NCBI GenBank assembly: GCA_946497955.1
Contig: CAMMMH010000005.1
Location: 7,789-71,788 of the forward strand
Source: an uncultured Mycoplasmatota bacterium
Lineage (GTDB): Bacteria; Bacillota_I; Bacilli_A; RF39; UBA660
Direction: 5' to 3'
DNA: 64,000 nucleotides
In this document: positions 58,105 through 64,000 of the stretch, piece after piece
Layout: each line of letters starts with the position of its first letter
How positions within the stretch are numbered: the first letter of the stretch is position 1
Position numbers and translations under genes: made by a program
Notes under the pieces: model-generated
What the model saw: the letters and a program-made list of their open reading frames with translations, nothing else
What the model was told of the DNA's origin: nothing
The model's database searches: none

Positions 58105-59354
58105 AATTACTCCTCACTTCTTTTTAAGTCTATCATAGGTAAATCTAAATATCAACAACTATAATTTCTACTTAAAATTATATACTTTATAGTTATTTAT
58201 AACATCTCTATTTATCTTAAGATTAATTCTACCTATACCTAGAGTATGATTTGCTTTTTTACACCATGATAGTTACTTTCTCCTGATATTAAAAGATTTC
58301 TCTTCTTCATAAAATCTAGTAAATAACTTGTTTGTTTTTTGTTAAATAATGGGTAACACACTCAACTCCATCTAAAGTAACTTTACCATAAATTTTATCT
58401 AGAAACTTTTCTATATTAGTAAATTTATATTGACAAGGATGAGTTTTAGTATTCCTTTTATATTTGAATAATAGCTAGCTTCGTTTATAAACATTTTGTT
58501 TTTAGGATTAGTCATGTCCTTTATATAATAGTTACTATAAGAATTTCATATATCTTCTTTTAATATCTTTCTATTATTTTCATGATTCATTAATTATTTA
58601 AAGATTTATTTTATATAAGTTAAATAAGAAATAGTTAAGTAGTAAAATTAGTAAAATGAAAATTATGAATTTTAATAATATAAATTATGGAAAAGAAACA
58701 AGCTCATCAGGTTTATTTAAATAGATAGAAAAATTAAATTCAGATGCATTTATTTTATGCAATTATCATTAAAGATTATATACAGGATATAAAAGCAATG
58801 TGCATGAGTAACAGTATTAACATGTTATGATTTATTAAATCATTATACATTATATACAATAGTAGAAAAGTATGATTATAGTGATACAAAGATGACTTAA
58901 AAAATTATGAGACAATTAAAAAAAAGTTGTTAGGAAATTTTAAGTCAATTAGTTATAACCGATAAAAAATATAAGTTTTTAATCATAATAGCCTCGTATG
59001 TTTATGAAAAAGAAAATCAATAAATGAAGACTAACGCAAATATGTCAGTTGGTATTTTTAATAATAAATTAATATATATTGTTAGAAGTCAATGATAAAA
59101 AGCATTATGAAATGATAAATAAATTTTGTTTAGCAATAGAAAAATATATTGTTTCTATTAAAACAAAAAAAGAAATAGTAATACTAAAAACAAATATCAC
59201 CTAAACTAAAGGAAAGCATCTTAATTTCAAAAAGAAAGATAGATTTTTAAATCTCTATCTTCTTAAGTTAATTACTTTGGAGAAAAGCTTTCTTTTTTAA
59301 TAAATCATTTCCCTTTATTTCTCAACATTTTATTAACAAAGGAATTTATTATTC
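58105..59354. other. 1.25-kb stretch with no intact ORF; stop-riddled gene debris on both strands
   Basis: The ORF track has no ORF here. My translations give runs of 15 to 45 codons broken by stops: minus strand 58200..58590 (MNHENNRKILKEDI*...QYKFTNIEKFLDKIYGKVTLDGVECVTHYLTKNKQVIY*) and plus strand 58656..59200. Confidence 0.5.
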
Positions 59355-59813
59355 TTATTTACAAGTATATCCTGAATCTTCAGCTTCTTTTTTAGTATCT
59401 TCATATGTGGCATTGGCATCAGTAATTCCATCAAGATTATATTCTTTCAAAGCATCTTCACTTGCTTTCTCTAAATCAATTTCTAATGAAACATTATAGA
59501 TATGATTAGTACTATCATTATCAGTAGATAATTTAACTCCATCTTCATCAGATGCTTCAAATTGTGATTCCATCATAGATGCAAACATATCCCAATTATC
59601 AATGATAGTATCATCTGTCGCTTCATTATCAATACTCATTTTAAGGTAATTAATCTTATCATCTTTGAAAGTCATAGTTATTTCTTGACTCATTTTAAGA
59701 CCACTATCTTCTTCACTATTTGTACAAGTTAGAGTCTTTTCACTATTACCACATCCTGTTATTAGTAGTACTGACACTGCTAAAATACCAAATAATTTTA
59801 CTCCTCTCACCAT
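59355..59813 (-). CDS. lipoprotein, unknown function
   Basis: Signal peptide with lipobox LLITG/CGNS. Acidic 130-aa mature part. Confidence 0.75.
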   Translation of the reverse strand: MVRGVKLFGILAVSVLLITGCGNSEKTLTCTNSEEDSGLKMSQEITMTFKDDKINYLKMSIDNEATDDTIIDNWDMFASMMESQFEASDEDGVKLSTDNDSTNHIYNVSLEIDLEKASEDALKEYNLDGITDANATYEDTKKEAEDSGYTCK

Positions 59814-59956
59814 TTCACCTCCATCTACTTATAGTATGAATTATATAATGAAAAAAGGCAAGAAATATTTTAAAATAGTTATATTATTTTACATATTAGT
59901 CTAAAAGAAAGTTATACTTTTATTTTTTTAGAATAAGTTTTATTAGGTGAAGTACT

Positions 59957-61006
59957 ATGAAGAAAGTATTAGTTATGTTGTTATTATTTTTAGTACCCTT
60001 AAATGTTTTTTGTAAAGAAGATACTTTTGACACTGCTAGAAGTAGTATTATAGTAGACTTAAACAGCGGTCGTGTCTTATATGAAAATAATGCTGATGAT
60101 GTTAGATTAATCGCATCAATTACTAAGATAATGACTTGTATTATCGCTATAGAAGAAGGAGATTTAGATAAAGAGATTAAAGCAGGAGAAGAAATACTTA
60201 AGATGTATGGGACCAGTATTTATTTAGAGTTAAATGAAAAGATGAAGTTAATTGATTTACTCTATGGCCTTATGCTTAGAAGTGGAAATGATGCATCAGT
60301 TGTAATTGCAAAAGCCGTAGCAGGAAGTGAAGAGGACTTTGTTAAAATGATGAATAAAAAAGCTAAAGAGATTGGTATGACTAATACTACTTTTAGTAAT
60401 CCTCATGGTCTTGATGAAGAGACTAAGAACTACTCTACGGCAAGAGATATGGCAAAATTATCAAGATACGCTTATAAAAATAAGACTTATAGAAAAATAA
60501 TTGGTACTGAAGAATACCGAGTAAAGACTCTTAATAAGAGTTATCTTTGGTATAATAGAATGAAACTATTAGGAGATTATAAATACTGTACTGGTGGTAA
60601 AAATGGTTATACTCCTAGCGCTGGTAAGACTCTTGTTACTACTCATAAAAAGAATGATTTAAACATAACTATTGTTACTTTAGATGATAATGATGAGTAT
60701 AATAATCATGAAAGATTGGCAGAATATGCTTTTGATAATTATAGTAACTATAATATTGTTGATAAAAATGATTTTGACCTCGTTATAGATGATAATAAGT
60801 ACTATGTAAATAAATCTTTTACTTATCCTTTAACAGAAAAAGAAAAAGATAATGTTAAAGTCCTTGCTAGTATTGATGACTCATTAAAAAGTGGTAAAGT
60901 TGGTAATATTAATATTACTCTCAATAATAAGACTTTAAAGAAAATACCTCTTTATATAAAAGAGACAAAGAAAAAAGAAAACTTCTTTACTAAGTTGTTT
61001 TCCTAA
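59957..61006 (+). CDS. D-alanyl-D-alanine carboxypeptidase (S11, DacB/PBP5-like)
   Basis: Signal peptide. SxxK ASITKIMT, SxN RSGNDAS. The third motif reads GKNGYT, a variant of KTG. Confidence 0.8.
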   Translation: MKKVLVMLLLFLVPLNVFCKEDTFDTARSSIIVDLNSGRVLYENNADDVRLIASITKIMTCIIAIEEGDLDKEIKAGEEILKMYGTSIYLELNEKMKLIDLLYGLMLRSGNDASVVIAKAVAGSEEDFVKMMNKKAKEIGMTNTTFSNPHGLDEETKNYSTARDMAKLSRYAYKNKTYRKIIGTEEYRVKTLNKSYLWYNRMKLLGDYKYCTGGKNGYTPSAGKTLVTTHKKNDLNITIVTLDDNDEYNNHERLAEYAFDNYSNYNIVDKNDFDLVIDDNKYYVNKSFTYPLTEKEKDNVKVLASIDDSLKSGKVGNINITLNNKTLKKIPLYIKETKKKENFFTKLFS

Positions 61007-61883
61007 GTCTAAAAAAGTTAATAGATGGTCTTGCATTAATTCTAACATCATAAGTATCTGTTCCTATTCCACTTGTTATATAGAATTCTGTATTATTAAT
61101 TTTATAGTATGAATTTATATATTTAGAAGCATGGTCTTTAGAAGCTAGATTAAGTAAGTAAGGTATTCTAATTTCTCCTAAATGTGAATGTCCTGCTAAT
61201 GCTAAATCAACGGGATATACTTCTACAAACTCATCTATATAATCCGGTTTATGAAATATTGTTATAGTATAAGTAACATCATTATAATTAGTAAAAGCCT
61301 TATCATAATTAATAGAATCATTATTAGTATTTAGTCCTACTAACATAATAGGTTCATTAGATTCATTATAGATAAGTTCATTACTATCATCTAATACCTT
61401 AAAACCACAATCTACTAAAATAGATATGGCATCATCATTATCAGACTCCCCTAATACGGCATATTTACCTAAGGTAGAGTTTAGCCTTTTTAACTCTTTA
61501 ACAAGTTTTTTTCTATTTTTAGGAGTTAAATCTTCATTTCCTAATAAGTCTCCTGTAAATAAAATTAAATCAGGGTTCCTTTTGGTAATGGCATTAACAA
61601 CCTCTTTTAATAAGTTATAATTACTATAATGTAAATCCCCAAACTGAATAACTTTAAGTCCACTAAAGGACTCTGGTAGTTTAGAGTTAACAATTGCTTC
61701 TTCATTAACTATTAGAGATGTTGTACCAATATTAGTAATGTAAAAAAATGTAAAAAAGACAAGTAAAAAGATTATAATAAGAGCTATTACTATTCTCTTA
61801 ACTATCTTTTTTACTTTTTCTGTCTGTTTTTCTCTATCTATATCTTTTTGTTTATCTTTATTTAATTCAATTCTACTATTCAT
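60990..61883 (-). CDS. membrane-anchored metallophosphoesterase (YkuE-like)
   Basis: QFGDLHYS, FTGDLLGNE and AGHSHLG calcineurin-like motifs. N-terminal TM helix. Confidence 0.8.
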   Translation of the reverse strand: MNSRIELNKDKQKDIDREKQTEKVKKIVKRIVIALIIIFLLVFFTFFYITNIGTTSLIVNEEAIVNSKLPESFSGLKVIQFGDLHYSNYNLLKEVVNAITKRNPDLILFTGDLLGNEDLTPKNRKKLVKELKRLNSTLGKYAVLGESDNDDAISILVDCGFKVLDDSNELIYNESNEPIMLVGLNTNNDSINYDKAFTNYNDVTYTITIFHKPDYIDEFVEVYPVDLALAGHSHLGEIRIPYLLNLASKDHASKYINSYYKINNTEFYITSGIGTDTYDVRINARPSINFFRLRKTT

Positions 61884-61935
61884 TACTTATCCCTCTATAA
61901 TAAGTATATAGGAAAATATACTTTTTTTAAAGAGT

Positions 61936-63093
61936 CTATTTTCTTACTTTTTCTATTTCTTCTTTTAAAGTATCATATGTCATACTGCCAAAAGATGTAA
62001 AGGCAATATTACCATTAGAGTTTATTATATAAGTATTGGGATAGGTTGTTACATAGTATTTATTAAATAATTTATTACTAGCATTTAATGATGTAAAGGT
62101 ATAATTATTTTTAGTTAAGAATTTCTTTATATCTTTTTTAGGATTACGTGATGTATTAGCGATTCCTAAAATAATAACATCGTCTTTATTTTGATTATAA
62201 TCGATATATAACTTCTCTATATTAGGTAATTCATCTAAACAAGCGAAACAGTCAATGGCATAGAAATGTAAGATAATGGTTTTACCTATATAATCATCTA
62301 AAGTATAAGTATTACCATCTTGGTCTTTAAGAGTAAAGTTAATAGGTGTTGCTAGTTCTACTTTACCAGTACTTTTTACTGTCTCTTTATCTTTAACGTT
62401 TTCCATAGTAAAACCAGTATATGATACAAAGATTCCCATGAAAATAATAATTAAGGCTCCTAATTTAACAACATAGTTTAAGATATTTTGTTTTCTTTTA
62501 ATTATATTTAAGACTTTAGTAGTAAATAGACCTAATATTATAAAAGGGAGTAAAAAACCTAAGGCATAAACTAATACAAAAAGATTTCCTATCAAAGCGG
62601 TACTTGCAGTAGATGCCATAATTAGAGTTGATGATAAAGCTGGTCCTACACAGGGAGTCCAAGCGAAAGAAAATAGAAAGCCCATTAAAAAGGCAGTTTT
62701 CTTAGTCATTTTATTGGGATTAAAATTAATCTTTAATTTCTTTTCTTTATTTAGAAAATCTACTTTTAATATACCTAACTGGAATAGTCCTAAAATTACG
62801 ATTAAGATGCCCCCTACTTCTAAGAATATTTTTCTATTGTCTTTAAAGAATAGACCAAGTCCTGTAAAAGATAGTCCTAAGATAAAGAAAGACATAGATA
62901 TTCCTAAAATAAAGAATAAGGTATAGATTAGAACTACTTTCTTTTTATAAGTAACATTGCCATCTTTATCTATCTCTTTTGCATTAGTAGCAAGGTAGCT
63001 CATATATATAGGTATTAAAGGAATAACACAAGGTGAGAAAAAGGAGATTAATCCTTCTAAAAATATTCCTAATATTTGCATTAACTCAGTCAT
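61936..63093 (-). CDS. CcdA/DsbD-type thiol-disulfide transporter fused to a TlpA/ResA-like thioredoxin domain
   Basis: Membrane part with FFSPCVIPLIPIY and WTPCVGPAL (the two CcdA cysteines). C-terminal periplasmic-type domain with YAIDCFACLDE (CxxC). Confidence 0.8.
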   Translation of the reverse strand: MTELMQILGIFLEGLISFFSPCVIPLIPIYMSYLATNAKEIDKDGNVTYKKKVVLIYTLFFILGISMSFFILGLSFTGLGLFFKDNRKIFLEVGGILIVILGLFQLGILKVDFLNKEKKLKINFNPNKMTKKTAFLMGFLFSFAWTPCVGPALSSTLIMASTASTALIGNLFVLVYALGFLLPFIILGLFTTKVLNIIKRKQNILNYVVKLGALIIIFMGIFVSYTGFTMENVKDKETVKSTGKVELATPINFTLKDQDGNTYTLDDYIGKTIILHFYAIDCFACLDELPNIEKLYIDYNQNKDDVIILGIANTSRNPKKDIKKFLTKNNYTFTSLNASNKLFNKYYVTTYPNTYIINSNGNIAFTSFGSMTYDTLKEEIEKVRK

Positions 63094-63143
63094 TAAATCA
63101 CTCTCCTAGAAGATTTTAACAAAAAATAGAGTTAATAACAACT

Positions 63144-64000
63144 CTAATTTTCTTTAGTACTTAATATGGCTAGAAAAGCATCAGGTGGTACTTCTACACT
63201 ACCTATTTGTTTCATCTTCTTTTTACCTTCTTTTTGCTTTTCAAGTAGTTTTTTCTTACGAGTAATATCACCACCATAACATTTGGCAAGGACATCTTTT
63301 CTTAAGGCTTTAATATCAGTTCTAGCGATTACTTTATTACCAATAGAAGCTTGTACTGGGACTTCAAATAGTTGTCTTGGTATTACATCTTTTAATCTAT
63401 GAACTATTAATTTACCACGATTATAGGCAAAGTCTTTATGAACTATCATGCTAAGAGCATCTACTACTTCGCCATTTAACATAATATCTAATTTTACTAA
63501 GTCACTAGCTTCATACCCTGTTACTTCATAGTCAAATGAGGCATAGCCTTTAGTAATTGATTTTAATTTATCAAAGAAGTCATAAACTATTTCTGATAGA
63601 GGTAGTTTATAGATAAGGCAAACTCTAGTATCATCTAAATAATTCATATTAATAAAAGTACCACGTTTATCTTGACATAATTCCATTAATGGTCCGATAT
63701 AATCTTTTGGAGTATAAATAGATGTCTTAACAAAAGGCTCTTTTATTTCTTTTATCTTAACTTTAGGAGGCATTTTATTAGGAGCATCTACTTCGATAGT
63801 AGAACCATCGGTAAGGGTTACTTTATAAATAACAGATGGAGTTGTGGCAATAACATCGATATTAAATTCTCGCTTAATTCTCTCTATTGTTACTTCCATA
63901 TGTAATAGTCCTAAAAAGCCTGTTCTAAAACCAAAGCCTAAGGCCACTGATGTTTCAGGTTCGTAAACTAAAGCGGCATCATTTAATTTTAGTTTAGCAA
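63144..64000 (-). CDS. lepA: translation elongation factor 4 (LepA), C-terminal part; the gene continues beyond the window
   Basis: C-terminal [39 protein letters not shown] is LepA-specific. The frame stays open to position 64000. Confidence 0.9.
   Translation of the reverse strand, partial: AKLKLNDAALVYEPETSVALGFGFRTGFLGLLHMEVTIERIKREFNIDVIATTPSVIYKVTLTDGSTIEVDAPNKMPPKVKIKEIKEPFVKTSIYTPKDYIGPLMELCQDKRGTFINMNYLDDTRVCLIYKLPLSEIVYDFFDKLKSITKGYASFDYEVTGYEASDLVKLDIMLNGEVVDALSMIVHKDFAYNRGKLIVHRLKDVIPRQLFEVPVQASIGNKVIARTDIKALRKDVLAKCYGGDITRKKKLLEKQKEGKKKMKQIGSVEVPPDAFLAILSTKEN

Noticed and set aside
58656-58724. 22-codon ORF MKIMNFNNINYGKETSSSGLFK near an ABC exporter, considered as a secreted peptide or pheromone precursor.
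   Set aside because: It has no Shine-Dalgarno, no leader or double-glycine motif, and it sits within stop-riddled debris. The evidence is insufficient.

Overview
Visibly AT-rich chromosomal segment (GC not computed) from a low-GC, spore-forming Bacillota-type genome. It reads cleanly under the standard bacterial code. About 90% of genes lie on the minus strand. Most of it is conserved housekeeping in recognisable blocks: efp, rpmG (missed by the ORF track), tig; queA-ruvB-ruvA-yebC; dnaI; spoVID plus a ysxE-like gene; lon; tmk, hemW, tgt; rimM-trmD; rplU-prp-rpmA-obg; a short dcw cluster (mraZ-rsmH-ftsL-pbp2B ... ftsA-ftsZ); rnj, rnc; two ABC exporter modules, one with a YtrA-type GntR regulator; dacB-like, ccdA-thioredoxin fusion, lepA (partial). 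I found no rRNA, tRNA or CRISPR. Accessory content: an intact 905-bp IS5-superfamily element with 19-bp inverted repeats and a 3-bp duplication; an intact IS66-family element beside it; a decayed IS66-family copy between pbp2B and ftsA; an Rpn/PD-(D/E)XK transposase-like gene; an ORF6N gene; two orphan type IV pilin-like genes; and a 1.25-kb decayed stretch. The best hunt candidate is the 675-bp ORF-free gap at 31740..32414. It holds two tandem promoter-to-terminator small-RNA units. The first is antisense to a 33-codon hydrophobic ORF with a strong Shine-Dalgarno and its own promoter, which looks like an unannotated type I toxin-antitoxin locus plus a degenerate second copy. Other leads: a C9/G9 tract upstream of a TasA-like/FGE-sulfatase-like surface protein whose leader is duplicated downstream with its start codon mutated; a 425-aa protein with three GreA C-terminal-like domains; a conserved ~150-nt upstream module shared by the Rpn and ORF6N genes; and a perfect 27-nt rare-codon palindrome inside the ORF6N gene. 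All family calls come from motif recognition by eye; no searches were run.
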